A stretch of DNA of 46,300 nt from a virus (lineage: Duplodnaviria > Caudoviricetes), in the IMG/VR virus record IMGVR_UViG_3300013006_001934, positions 1-46,300 of that record; one strand, given 5' to 3'. Shown piece after piece: positions 27,760 through 37,309 of the stretch. The notes beneath the pieces are model-generated. The model searched no databases. It worked only from the letters and a program-made list of their open reading frames with translations, and was not told the DNA's origin. Within the stretch, counting starts at the first letter, position 1. Each line of letters starts with the position of its first letter. The translations under genes and the position numbers were made by a program.

Positions 27760-28715
27760 GTTAAATCGTCAAAGGCATCTTTTGATTTTTGATTAATCGA
27801 ATTGTTATTATGTCTTGGGCATCCAGTATATTGTCTTTGCTCTACTGTGAATCCTTTGATATCTTTAAATTCTCCAGTAAAATTCGATTCTACTATTTCT
27901 CCAGCATCATTAAGTTTAACATGATAACTAAATGGGTCTTTATATGGACATCTCCAATTGCCTATGCTACACATCCACTTATTCTTAGGATTATCTACAG
28001 CAAAATTTGATTGAGCACTATCTTTGTCAAAATTATTAATATGTTCATTTACATACTCTAAATAGTGTTCAAATCCTTTAATTTCATCCTCATCGAACTG
28101 CAACTCTTGAATTGGTTGCTTAGGAAACCTTAAGAATAGAAATTTGATAATAGGCTTTAATTTAGGCCATAATTTTTTACTTGCTAGACTATACATCATT
28201 GCTTGTATGTTCGCTTCAAGGTCATCACCCCTAAACTTGTATTTGGAGCTCTTGTAGTCGATTATATGCATTTCTTTTTTGATTTTAATAGGCTTGTCTA
28301 TAAAACCTCGAATATGATATTTAGGCTTATCGTTTTTAATTTCAAATGCATATTCTGGTTTGATTATCTCTCCATTTTCACCAAAGAAATCATTTTTTAA
28401 TCCGACTAATATCATTTCATCTAATAACTTATAGTTGCTTTCATTGAGATTAACTTTAGCTGATAATTTTTTAACAAGTTTAGATACGCCTTTATCTCCA
28501 TCTATCGAGTTACTCTTAATAATATTCTTATAGTTTTTACTGTGCCTTTTATTTAAAAGAAGCTCAAAAATTGTATGACATATTGTTCCTCTGTCGCTTC
28601 CATCATTAGACTTCTGTGGTGTTTTGATGTGATAATTGTTCCAGTAAACCCAAGAACAAGTTTCAAGAGTTTTAATTCTAGACGCAGATAATATTTTTAA
28701 AGATTGTTTTTCCAT
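27756..28715 (-). CDS. PD-(D/E)xK RecB/Cas4-like exonuclease
   Basis: LSASRIKTLETC, RGTICH, RGFIDK, IIDYKS, QAMMY, C-terminal cysteines. Confidence 0.88.
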   Translation of the reverse strand: MEKQSLKILSASRIKTLETCSWVYWNNYHIKTPQKSNDGSDRGTICHTIFELLLNKRHSKNYKNIIKSNSIDGDKGVSKLVKKLSAKVNLNESNYKLLDEMILVGLKNDFFGENGEIIKPEYAFEIKNDKPKYHIRGFIDKPIKIKKEMHIIDYKSSKYKFRGDDLEANIQAMMYSLASKKLWPKLKPIIKFLFLRFPKQPIQELQFDEDEIKGFEHYLEYVNEHINNFDKDSAQSNFAVDNPKNKWMCSIGNWRCPYKDPFSYHVKLNDAGEIVESNFTGEFKDIKGFTVEQRQYTGCPRHNNNSINQKSKDAFDDLT

Positions 28716-29605
28716 TGCAAGATTTCCTCTTTGTTCATTTCGCCAAAGTCTTTTTTAATAGGTAAGGCAATTTGTATTTGGTTTCTATCAAAATGTTTCA
28801 ATAACTTTTCTTTAGCTTTTTCTGATGCTAAATTCCCTGCTTTGTTCTTAAGTTCATCATTATTAAATGATATATAGATTTTATTTGGATTTAAGACTAA
28901 TAAAGTATTTAAAATACTAACGCTTAGAGCTAGGCCGAAAGTAACAATCACATTTTTCACTCCAGCCTCCCATAGACTTAACATATCTCCTATGCTCTCG
29001 ACTATGATGACTTCTTTGCTTTCAGAGAGTATCTTTGCGTTGACTTGCAAGGGATAACGCCAATTAATCTTATCTCCTATCAATTTCCATTTTGGACAAA
29101 ATTTTTCATTTCTATTTAGAATATCTCTACCAGCCACTCCAATTAATTTCTCTTGCTTATCTAGAATTGGAAAGATATATCTGCCTTTCATTCTACCTTC
29201 AGTTAGTATTCCTCCATTAAAAATATTCATAGTCTCTTCTGAAATATTTCTTTTCTTCCAAAAGGAATGATCTTTTATTAATTTATCAAGAACATCATTT
29301 GAATAGCACTTTACTTGTTTGATCTGAGGTTTTCTGTAGACTGTGTATGATGATTCAGTTTGGACTTTCTTGTTTATCCATTCTTTAGCTTCTATATTAT
29401 TAGGAAGATTCAAAGTCATTCTTACTAAATCTTGAAGATTCCCAGTTGTATTCTCTTTGTAATCTATCCATTTGCCACTATCTTTGTATATTACTAATAC
29501 ATTCTCATTATCTGAATCTCTATAAAGAGGCTTTGTTCTGTACTCTTTTAAATACTCTTTCAAATCATACCCTAAATTAGATAAGATTTCTTTTATGTTT
29601 TCCAT
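28697..29605 (-). CDS. DNA primase (DnaG-like TOPRIM)
   Basis: RYIFPILD...GVAGR...PKWK; VIIVESIGDMLSL; FNND; KKDFGEM. Confidence 0.88.
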   Translation of the reverse strand: MENIKEILSNLGYDLKEYLKEYRTKPLYRDSDNENVLVIYKDSGKWIDYKENTTGNLQDLVRMTLNLPNNIEAKEWINKKVQTESSYTVYRKPQIKQVKCYSNDVLDKLIKDHSFWKKRNISEETMNIFNGGILTEGRMKGRYIFPILDKQEKLIGVAGRDILNRNEKFCPKWKLIGDKINWRYPLQVNAKILSESKEVIIVESIGDMLSLWEAGVKNVIVTFGLALSVSILNTLLVLNPNKIYISFNNDELKNKAGNLASEKAKEKLLKHFDRNQIQIALPIKKDFGEMNKEEILQWKNNL

Positions 29606-30249
29606 TCTAATGCCTCGCTAATAATTGGAAACTCTTTAATGAATATCTTTTTGCATCTTTCTGCAATTAGTCTATGTTCTTTTTGAGTATTTTGTTGCGT
29701 TCTTAATTCAAGATAATGTATCCAGCTTCTCAATGAGCCTTTCATATACATGGTCGTTTGAGTTGTCAAAGGTAATATCATTCTAGCCACCTCTTTAGCT
29801 ACTCCATTTTCTATCATTGAATCATAACAATGCTGAGAAAGCGATAAAGATTCTACAAGAAGTTCGCTAACTTTATCATATGCATCTGTATTAGTTGGCA
29901 TAAGGTGCTCTCCTACTTGCCTGTTCTTATCTCCTTGCAAGCGAAGTTCGATATCTTCAAATTCATTTGCTATACTATACCTTTGACTGAACTCTTGAAA
30001 GCTAAATGATCTATGTCTAAGAATTTGCGCTGCAATTCCACGGCTTGTTTTAATTTCAACGCACATATCAACTAATTCAAATGGACTCCAATGCTTGTGA
30101 TTGATTAAGAATTTTAAAAGCTTTGGCGCAGTTTCTACGTTCATTTGATTAGAAGGATTGCTAACCCTAGCGCAAAACGCAACCAAATCTTCTGCATTTT
30201 TCATACCTTTAATTTCTGGTTTTGTTATTGATATTAATTCTACGTTCAT
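29593..30249 (-). CDS. thyX: FAD-dependent thymidylate synthase
   Basis: HWSPFE, QILRHRSFSFQEFSQRY, EVARMILP, TQKEHR. Confidence 0.97.
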   Translation of the reverse strand: MNVELISITKPEIKGMKNAEDLVAFCARVSNPSNQMNVETAPKLLKFLINHKHWSPFELVDMCVEIKTSRGIAAQILRHRSFSFQEFSQRYSIANEFEDIELRLQGDKNRQVGEHLMPTNTDAYDKVSELLVESLSLSQHCYDSMIENGVAKEVARMILPLTTQTTMYMKGSLRSWIHYLELRTQQNTQKEHRLIAERCKKIFIKEFPIISEALEWKT

Positions 30250-31736
30250 ATCAGTTCTCCATCTTGGTTATCGCCACCTTGATCAAAATTAAGTCTTTCA
30301 TTTTCTGCATCAACTATTTCTCTCAAAGTTCCCCTCTCTTCTACATTGAAATTACCCACATCAAAGTTTATATAATTATTAAAATATTTAAATTCACTTT
30401 GGCCAACTCTTCTGCGAACTAAATCATGATGCCCTGTGCCTTCTCTGCCTTGAAATCTTGTTTTAATAGCTATCAATTTATGAGTTCCGAATTGTTCTCC
30501 ATCGACTTGAATTTCATCTTGAGTTTTTCTTCTGAAAATTCCAACAAATGAAGCGAACCATTGCATTCTATCAGATAGAGAAATTGCAGAGCTATCGTCC
30601 GTGACTTGACTTGAATTGCGATTAAAATTTTCTCCAGTTCTATTCAATTGCATAGCCGTGATAACTGGACACTTTATTTCTTCGGATATTCTTTTCAGTT
30701 TGTCAATCTTATCACCAATAGCTTGATGCTCTGCCCAGTTTTGACCTACTTTTTCTCCAGTCAATTTTATGTAATCGTAAGCTATCAAAGCTTGGTTGCC
30801 TCTCCCAACTTTTGTATAATACCATCTTCTAATAATAGAGGATATTTCATCTATACTTTTATTTGAAACATGATAATGATAATGAGTCATATTTTTGACC
30901 TTTGGCCAAGCCTCTCTTACCTTTTGTATCATTTCTGGATTTTTTCTCCAATTACCTGTTTCTATATACCAAAGTGGGACACTAGAAATACTTGCGACTA
31001 ATCTCATTTGAGTGTCTAAAGTGCTCATTTCTGTATCAAGAATAAGAGCTTTGGTATTTTTATTATGTACATTGGCAGTTTTATAACATATATCATTGAG
31101 CCATGTGCTTTTGCCTTGTCCTGGTCTACTTACTATAGAATATATATTCCCTTGTTTTAACCCTCCATACATATTATTAAAATTGTTATATGGAGTCTTT
31201 AGTCCAGTCTCTTGTCTGGGATTATTACCAATCTCTTCAATTATGCTCTCCATTTCTTCAAAAAGGTTAACTGGCTCGCCCTCTAGGTAATATTGAGTTA
31301 CCTTATTATTATAAATCTCATCTACTTTAGATACTATTTTATCTATTCCATCTTCTGCATTATCTTTAACGTACTTCTTGACATTTTCAGCTGTTTCAAA
31401 TAACTCTCTTCTTACTTTTAGTTTACTCAATTCCTGACAAGCACTTATAGTCCCTTGAGGATTGATTTGAGTCATAGCCAGAGAATCTATATAAGAAAAT
31501 ATATCAATCTCATCTTTAAAGGATATGCCAAGATTTTTAATCTTTTGAGCTAATAATACTTTATCTATTTTATTGTTTTTATTTAGCTCATCTTTGATGC
31601 AAGAGAATATTGTATTATGGACATCATTATAAAAGTCTTTTTCAGATATAAATCTGGCTACATCAAAAAACACTTCTGAATTTCTAATGAGACCACCTAG
31701 AACATGACGTTCTACTTGAACCGAGTATATGGGCAT
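30246..31736 (-). CDS. dnaB: Replicative DNA helicase
   Basis: ERHVLGGL N-domain; Walker A SRPGQGKST; DTEM; YDYIKL; AMQLNR. Confidence 0.93.
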   Translation of the reverse strand: MPIYSVQVERHVLGGLIRNSEVFFDVARFISEKDFYNDVHNTIFSCIKDELNKNNKIDKVLLAQKIKNLGISFKDEIDIFSYIDSLAMTQINPQGTISACQELSKLKVRRELFETAENVKKYVKDNAEDGIDKIVSKVDEIYNNKVTQYYLEGEPVNLFEEMESIIEEIGNNPRQETGLKTPYNNFNNMYGGLKQGNIYSIVSRPGQGKSTWLNDICYKTANVHNKNTKALILDTEMSTLDTQMRLVASISSVPLWYIETGNWRKNPEMIQKVREAWPKVKNMTHYHYHVSNKSIDEISSIIRRWYYTKVGRGNQALIAYDYIKLTGEKVGQNWAEHQAIGDKIDKLKRISEEIKCPVITAMQLNRTGENFNRNSSQVTDDSSAISLSDRMQWFASFVGIFRRKTQDEIQVDGEQFGTHKLIAIKTRFQGREGTGHHDLVRRRVGQSEFKYFNNYINFDVGNFNVEERGTLREIVDAENERLNFDQGGDNQDGELI

Positions 31737-31743
31737 GTAGTTA

Positions 31744-31772
31744 AGTATAGTGCCAATTTAGCACTAAGTCAA
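31744..31772 (-). promoter_or_regulatory. sigma70-like promoter
   Basis: TTGACT-N17-TATACT, 7 nt before ATG 31736. Confidence 0.72.
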
Positions 31773-32021
31773 CTAATCTTTTTTCTTCTTTTTGGGTTTT
31801 GATAAATCTGTAATTGATTTGATTGTGCAGTCTATATTTAAAGTATTTATAGCTTCTGCCCAATAATTAACGTATTGCTGGAGACCCATAGCATTAAGTT
31901 GATTATCAAATTTTGTCATCACTTGAGGATCTCCTTCGGAATTAAAATTAAATAAAATAAATCCACCGAAAGAGTTTTCATTAAGTGCCTCCAATAATTG
32001 TTTTGGAAAATCTTTTTGCAC
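31773..32021 (-). CDS. Hypothetical protein
   Basis: 82 aa, GTG start, preceded by GTGTAAAT. Confidence 0.6.
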   Translation of the reverse strand: MQKDFPKQLLEALNENSFGGFILFNFNSEGDPQVMTKFDNQLNAMGLQQYVNYWAEAINTLNIDCTIKSITDLSKPKKKKKD

Positions 32022-32034
32022 ACATGAATTTACA

Positions 32035-32454
32035 CTAAAAAATACTTATATTGAAATTGTCAAGGAAAAACTTAGCAGACAATACCTTTAAATCTTTTTC
32101 GTAAATCTCTAAAAGTTTAAAATTGTTTTTCTCTAGCCATTCTTCTTTCTTGCAATCTCTTTTTATGCTTTTTAAGTAATTCATTCTGGAGTGATTATGA
32201 AAAAATTCATTAAAATTATCATGCTGTGCGCCGTTTACTTCTACTGCTATTCGTTTTGTAGCATTTAATATATCCACCTTCATAAGTGAACCATAGACTG
32301 GAAATTCTTCGTATACAATATGGTGCTTCCAATATTGTTGAAAGAATTTTTTAGTGTTAAACTGAATTTTACTTCTGCTAGGTTTATCCCAATCTATTAA
32401 ATATTTTGAAACGTTTTTATTGACTAGCTTTCCATTCAAGCTCAATAATCTCAT
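32035..32454 (-). CDS. Endonuclease, DUF559/Vsr-like PD-(D/E)xK
   Basis: EEFPV...KVDIL...IAVEVNGAQH...RDCKKEEWLEKN. Confidence 0.8.
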   Translation of the reverse strand: MRLLSLNGKLVNKNVSKYLIDWDKPSRSKIQFNTKKFFQQYWKHHIVYEEFPVYGSLMKVDILNATKRIAVEVNGAQHDNFNEFFHNHSRMNYLKSIKRDCKKEEWLEKNNFKLLEIYEKDLKVLSAKFFLDNFNISIF

Positions 32455-33596
32455 GCAGTTATCAATTTTTTATATTTCTCAAAAAGGAAATCTGTAATTT
32501 TAACATTCTCTTCAAGATATTTTCTAAAGTTGTCCATACCTTGATGCTGCTTCTGTAGTTCAAGACCATTCTCCTTTAATTCTTCTACGATCTGATCGCT
32601 GCAAGTAATCCACGCCCCTTTAGCAATAATAAATTGCCAAGCTAAAAGTTGATCAATTATTTCGTACTCTCTCCAGATAGATGTTCCATTCTTACGACCA
32701 TGTTTGATTGGATACTCCACTTTGTTGTTTGTTGTTTCATTCGTAGACTTTTTAATCGACACTTTAGAAGTGTGACCAATGATCTTATTTTTTACAGCAT
32801 CGTATCTTTCATTTGGCTTTTCCAGAATAAGGTCTTTATTATATCTTGGTTCAAATTCTATGATCCAATTTGCATAATGTAATAAGGCATTTCCGCCAGT
32901 AGCAGTTGTTTGTCTAATGTCTTTATTTGCTGAATATGGATCGAGTTTAATATCAGATCGTACTTGGCTAATAAAAATAGCCATATGTCCTCTTTTGGAT
33001 AAAGCGATTGACATCTTTTTCATTAGCACAGAGGATATGACTGCTCCACCAGCTACTTTTGTAGCATCTGATAAAGTTTTACCAGCGTCATTTTTAGGCA
33101 TCAACCCGTCTACAGAGTCTAGAATAAAAAGATACTTATTGTTTTCTGGATTATTCCTTACGAGATCTAGCATCAGCTCTGATACAGTCTCAAAAATATT
33201 CGATTCGAATACGAAGCAATTTCCATTTTTCCAAAGACCTGGATCGCCAACGAACTCTACTCCAGACCTTTCTTGTATCTCTTTGCTAAGTCTTCCTTCA
33301 GCTTTAATCAAGAGTCCTCTGGAGTTTTTTACAGTCTTTAAGAAGTTCTTCATTACCTCTAGTGCTTCTGAAGTCTTGCCTCCCTCATTCATTCCTATAA
33401 ATCGATGCAATCCAGGGCAAAATCCTCCGCCCATAACAAAATCTAAATTCAAGCTACCAGAAGAGACTTTATAATGAACTTCTTCTTCGAAGTTGTAGTG
33501 GTCATCTTTATTAGATTTTAAGAATGCCTTTAAACGGTCATTAATACCCTCATCTTGTTGAGGGGAAGGTTCTATATTTGATTTAGGTCTGGCCAT
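32451..33596 (-). CDS. recA: RecA/UvsX-like recombinase
   Basis: SSGSLNLD..MGGG, Walker A GMNEGGKTS, ILDSV, FISQVR, TGGNALLHYA. Confidence 0.9.
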   Translation of the reverse strand: MARPKSNIEPSPQQDEGINDRLKAFLKSNKDDHYNFEEEVHYKVSSGSLNLDFVMGGGFCPGLHRFIGMNEGGKTSEALEVMKNFLKTVKNSRGLLIKAEGRLSKEIQERSGVEFVGDPGLWKNGNCFVFESNIFETVSELMLDLVRNNPENNKYLFILDSVDGLMPKNDAGKTLSDATKVAGGAVISSVLMKKMSIALSKRGHMAIFISQVRSDIKLDPYSANKDIRQTTATGGNALLHYANWIIEFEPRYNKDLILEKPNERYDAVKNKIIGHTSKVSIKKSTNETTNNKVEYPIKHGRKNGTSIWREYEIIDQLLAWQFIIAKGAWITCSDQIVEELKENGLELQKQHQGMDNFRKYLEENVKITDFLFEKYKKLITA

Positions 33597-33927
33597 TTAA
33601 AAATTCCTTTAATGTCTTAACTTTCTTGGTTATTGTCTTATCATTTCCTATTTTATTACTCTCTAAATGATATGATATTTTTATATCTTTGTCAACATTT
33701 AATGAAGACTTTTCTTTTAATAAATATTTCTTGCCTTCGAAAGATAGTAGCCACTCTAAAGATTTAATAGGTTTCTTTTTAATATTAAACCAAAAACTAC
33801 AATTTGGCTCGAATTGTATTAATTTTTTAGCTTGATTTATTTCGTAACCCCAAGGTATATTTTTGGAGTCTACAAATTTCATTATGATATATCGACATAA
33901 TTTTATTCCAGATAGAGGGTTCTTCAT
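33583..33927 (-). CDS. Hypothetical protein
   Basis: ORF 33583-33948. A TTGAAA-N17-TAGAAT promoter (33939-33967) spans the first ATG, so the start is more likely 33927 (MKNPL). Confidence 0.55.
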   Translation of the reverse strand: MKNPLSGIKLCRYIIMKFVDSKNIPWGYEINQAKKLIQFEPNCSFWFNIKKKPIKSLEWLLSFEGKKYLLKEKSSLNVDKDIKISYHLESNKIGNDKTITKKVKTLKEFLNGQT

Positions 33928-33992
33928 GCTTAAATATGATTCTATCATATTTCTTTTTATTTTTCAAGACATATATTTAATAAATACCTTAT

Positions 33993-35156
33993 CTATACTT
34001 CGTAATGTTCTAAATCATTTCTTATCATTTTATCCACTAAAATACCGAAAGAACTATGAGGCTTCCAGCCTAACTCTTTTCTCGCTTTGGTTGAATCTCC
34101 TAATAGCAATTCTACTTCTGCTGGTCTATAGAACTTCGGATTAATTTGAACTAGTAAAACTGGTTTGTCATTCAGATATGCATAATACTTCTCATCTTCT
34201 GGTTTTCCAGTTTTATTTTTCCATGATCCAATCATATAGCAAAATCCAAAGGCCAATTCAACAAATTCACGAATAGTGTGAGCCTCATTAGAAGAGAAGA
34301 CGTATTCTCTTGGAACTCCATCATAATTTTTATTGTATTTATCTTGGTTTAACATCCTCCAAACACCATCTATAAAATCTTCGGCATCGCTCCAATCTCT
34401 TTTAGCATCTATATTGCCTAATTCTAGGGGAGTAAATGATTCTCCATTTTTAATAGCATTAAAAATTTGAGCAACCTTCTTGGTAATTTTTCTAGTCACA
34501 AACTCCTCTCCTCTGCGAGTCCCTTCGTGATTAAATAACCAACCTTGAATTGCGTAAAGATTGTAAGAGTCTCTATATACCTTAATCAATTGTCTAGATG
34601 CAGCTTTACTTGCTCCATAGGGGCTTCTTGGTCTTAGTGGATGATTTTCATCTTGAGGAGAGTATTTTACATTTCCAAATTCTTCGCTAGATCCTGCTTG
34701 ATATAATCTGCAACTTGGTTTATATAACCTAATTGCTTCAAGTATATCTAAGACTGATGTAGAATTTGTTGCCCAAGTTTGACGAGCAAAGTCCCAGCTA
34801 CTAGCTACAAAACTTTGAGCTGCAAAATTAATGAAATAATCTGGTCTTAATTTTTCTACTGTCCTTGCTATAGCATGAGCATCTGTGAGGTCAAAATTAA
34901 TAAGATGAAATCTATCAGAATCAAGATGCTTAATATTTTCATGATTATATACGCTTAACCTTCTAACTCCTCCAAATATTATATAATTTGTATGTTTCAA
35001 TAGATAATCTGCCATATGACTACCATCTTGACCAGTGACCCCAGTTATCACTACTACTTTCCTACCATCAAGTAATTTGCTTGCATCATCAATATTCAAT
35101 ATATTTGATGTGTCTATTTTCTTACCATAATATGTCTCTTGAAAGTTCTGGCTCAT
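33993..35156 (-). CDS. gmd: GDP-mannose 4,6-dehydratase
   Basis: ITGVTGQDGS, AAQSFV, YQAGSSE, PRSPYGASK, LFNHE, FVTRKIT, RPAEVELLLGD. Confidence 0.95.
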   Translation of the reverse strand: MSQNFQETYYGKKIDTSNILNIDDASKLLDGRKVVVITGVTGQDGSHMADYLLKHTNYIIFGGVRRLSVYNHENIKHLDSDRFHLINFDLTDAHAIARTVEKLRPDYFINFAAQSFVASSWDFARQTWATNSTSVLDILEAIRLYKPSCRLYQAGSSEEFGNVKYSPQDENHPLRPRSPYGASKAASRQLIKVYRDSYNLYAIQGWLFNHEGTRRGEEFVTRKITKKVAQIFNAIKNGESFTPLELGNIDAKRDWSDAEDFIDGVWRMLNQDKYNKNYDGVPREYVFSSNEAHTIREFVELAFGFCYMIGSWKNKTGKPEDEKYYAYLNDKPVLLVQINPKFYRPAEVELLLGDSTKARKELGWKPHSSFGILVDKMIRNDLEHYEV

Positions 35157-35162
35157 ATATAT

Positions 35163-35191
35163 ATGTTATAATTTATTTTTATGAAATTCAA
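35163..35191 (-). promoter_or_regulatory. sigma70-like promoter
   Basis: TTGAAT-N17-TAACAT, 6 nt before ATG 35156. Confidence 0.55.
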
Positions 35192-35192
35192 T

Positions 35193-36002
35193 TTATTCAC
35201 ACAGTTTATTTAGAGTCTCCTCTAAAGAATATTTGGGTTTAAAACCTAGAGATTGCAATTTAGTTGTATCCATCCAAAAGTTTTTCGTTTGAACTTGCTG
35301 ATGAAATTTTGGGATTTCTATTGTTCTAATCGTACTTCTAGAATTCAATTTATTCTTACAATAATCAATAATATCTATTAATTTTGTGCTTGTATTGTCT
35401 CCAATATTATAAATTTGATTTGTTTCTGCTTTTTTCATTATTAAATCAATAGCTATACAAACATCTTCTACATTTAAATAATTTCTATAATTATCTCCTT
35501 TATAAATGTCGATTTCTTCATTCTTTTTCAATTTGTCTATCAAAAACTCTAAAGCATTTTTCTTTGCTGTAGCCTTTTGATCTCCACCAATAACATTACA
35601 AAGTCTCAATATCTTATATTTGATATCGTTCGTTTGACAATAAGATACTGTTAATTGCTCTTGAGTATACTTAGTTATAGAATAAAAACCTTTTGGATTA
35701 CAATAATCCGTTTCTTTATTCATCTCGCAATTGTTTTTACCATAAACAAACCAACTAGATATTAAATTAAAATTATAATTTGAATCAATATTTTTAAATA
35801 GTTTTGTTAATAGCATTAAATTTGTATCCACATCTATAGATGGATCTGTAAATACATTATAATTAGAATTTGTAGCCCTAAAGTACAAAATATCTTTATT
35901 CTGTGAATTTATAGAGTCTCTTGATTCTGGGTAAGAGTCTTGACCATACAAATTCATCCATTTGCTTCCTATAAATCCAGTAGAGCCAAAAACACTTGTC
36001 AT
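35193..36002 (-). CDS. NAD-dependent sugar epimerase/reductase (extended SDR)
   Basis: GSTGFIG, ISSWFVYG, YSITK, RLCNV. Confidence 0.88.
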   Translation of the reverse strand: MTSVFGSTGFIGSKWMNLYGQDSYPESRDSINSQNKDILYFRATNSNYNVFTDPSIDVDTNLMLLTKLFKNIDSNYNFNLISSWFVYGKNNCEMNKETDYCNPKGFYSITKYTQEQLTVSYCQTNDIKYKILRLCNVIGGDQKATAKKNALEFLIDKLKKNEEIDIYKGDNYRNYLNVEDVCIAIDLIMKKAETNQIYNIGDNTSTKLIDIIDYCKNKLNSRSTIRTIEIPKFHQQVQTKNFWMDTTKLQSLGFKPKYSLEETLNKLCE

Positions 36003-36003
36003 A

Positions 36004-37308
36004 TTAATTTTTATATTGTTGTAAGACTTTTTCTATATAATCAATATTTTTATCTGAAATTGTTGGAGCACATCCAACGAAAAATACTAAATCAAGTACT
36101 TTATTTGATTCTGGATAAGATCTATAATCATCTAAATGTTTATATCCATTATGCATTAATAGATTACCTGCAAAATAATTTCTTGTTTGTATTCCACTTG
36201 CTTCAAGATAAGAAACAAGTTTTTGTTTTTGATTTTTATTTTCGCAAATTAAAGGAACGCCAAAAGGTGTCCACTCTGTTTTATTTAACACATTCACAGA
36301 CCGAATATTATTTACGTATTTTAAAAATAAATTTGAAATTTTTGAGCAGTTTGTGCTTCTTGTTTCACAAATGAAATTTAATTTTTTGAGTTGTTCTATT
36401 CCAATCGCTCCTTGTAAATCTAATGGTTTTAAATTATATCCAATTCTATTGAATACATACTTATGATCTATAATTGTTTCTGGAAAATCTTGAAGCCAAT
36501 TAGAGAATCTTTTTCCGCAAGAGCCATTGGCCAACAAGTTACAAGTTCCAACGCAATAACAATCACGACCCCAAGTGCCATAACTTCTAGATAACTGAAC
36601 GATCTCTTCGTTATTAGAGGAAACCATTCCTCCTTCTAATGTGGTAATTTCATGTGCAGGATAAAATGAGCAAGCTGAAACTTCTGCATATTCATTTAAA
36701 TACCTGCCATTCCATTTAGACCCTAAAGAATCGCAATTATCTAAAAGTAATTTTATATTATTACATTGAGCTATTTCAACTAATTTATCCATATCTGGTG
36801 GATTACCTAAAACTGGAGATAAAAAGGTCGCTACTGTTTTACTTGTTATTTTATCTTGTATTTTATTGATATCGTAATTTAATGTACTCCATTCTATATC
36901 AATAAATACTGGTTTTAATCCATTTTGAATAATAGCTGAAACTGTAGTTGGAAATCCTACTGCTGATACCATAATCTCATCTCCATCTTTCCATTTGTAG
37001 TATTCCTTGCAAGCTGCTACTAGCAATAGATTAGCTGAAGAGCCAGAGTTCGTAAAAAATGAAGATTTTTGATTTATTGCCTTGCTAAAAGCCTTTTCAA
37101 ATTGAGCACAAACTTCTCCACTAGAAGACCATTTACCAAATAGAAGAGTTTCAATAGCTGCTACGATTTCGTTATCGTCAAAATATGCTCCAGAATAATA
37201 TACTTTATTGTCTGGTGCATTTAGATTATGACAGAACTTTGGTAATCTGCCATATTTTTCTTGTAATTTATTTACAAAATTTTTAATTTCTTCTTTATAT
37301 TCGTTCAT
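36004..37308 (-). CDS. rfbH: RfbH/DdhC-type NDP-4-keto-6-deoxyhexose 3-dehydrase (DegT family)
   Basis: NSGSSANLL, DNCDSLG, SFYPAHEITTLEGG (His in place of Lys), WGRDCYC...C...CGKRF, DHKY, GYNLKP. Confidence 0.85.
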   Translation of the reverse strand: MNEYKEEIKNFVNKLQEKYGRLPKFCHNLNAPDNKVYYSGAYFDDNEIVAAIETLLFGKWSSSGEVCAQFEKAFSKAINQKSSFFTNSGSSANLLLVAACKEYYKWKDGDEIMVSAVGFPTTVSAIIQNGLKPVFIDIEWSTLNYDINKIQDKITSKTVATFLSPVLGNPPDMDKLVEIAQCNNIKLLLDNCDSLGSKWNGRYLNEYAEVSACSFYPAHEITTLEGGMVSSNNEEIVQLSRSYGTWGRDCYCVGTCNLLANGSCGKRFSNWLQDFPETIIDHKYVFNRIGYNLKPLDLQGAIGIEQLKKLNFICETRSTNCSKISNLFLKYVNNIRSVNVLNKTEWTPFGVPLICENKNQKQKLVSYLEASGIQTRNYFAGNLLMHNGYKHLDDYRSYPESNKVLDLVFFVGCAPTISDKNIDYIEKVLQQYKN

Positions 37309-37309
37309 T

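Noticed and set aside
27756-28715. CRISPR-Cas system suggested by the Cas4-like nuclease
   Set aside because: No repeat-spacer array or other cas genes seen; such nucleases are common in phage replication modules.
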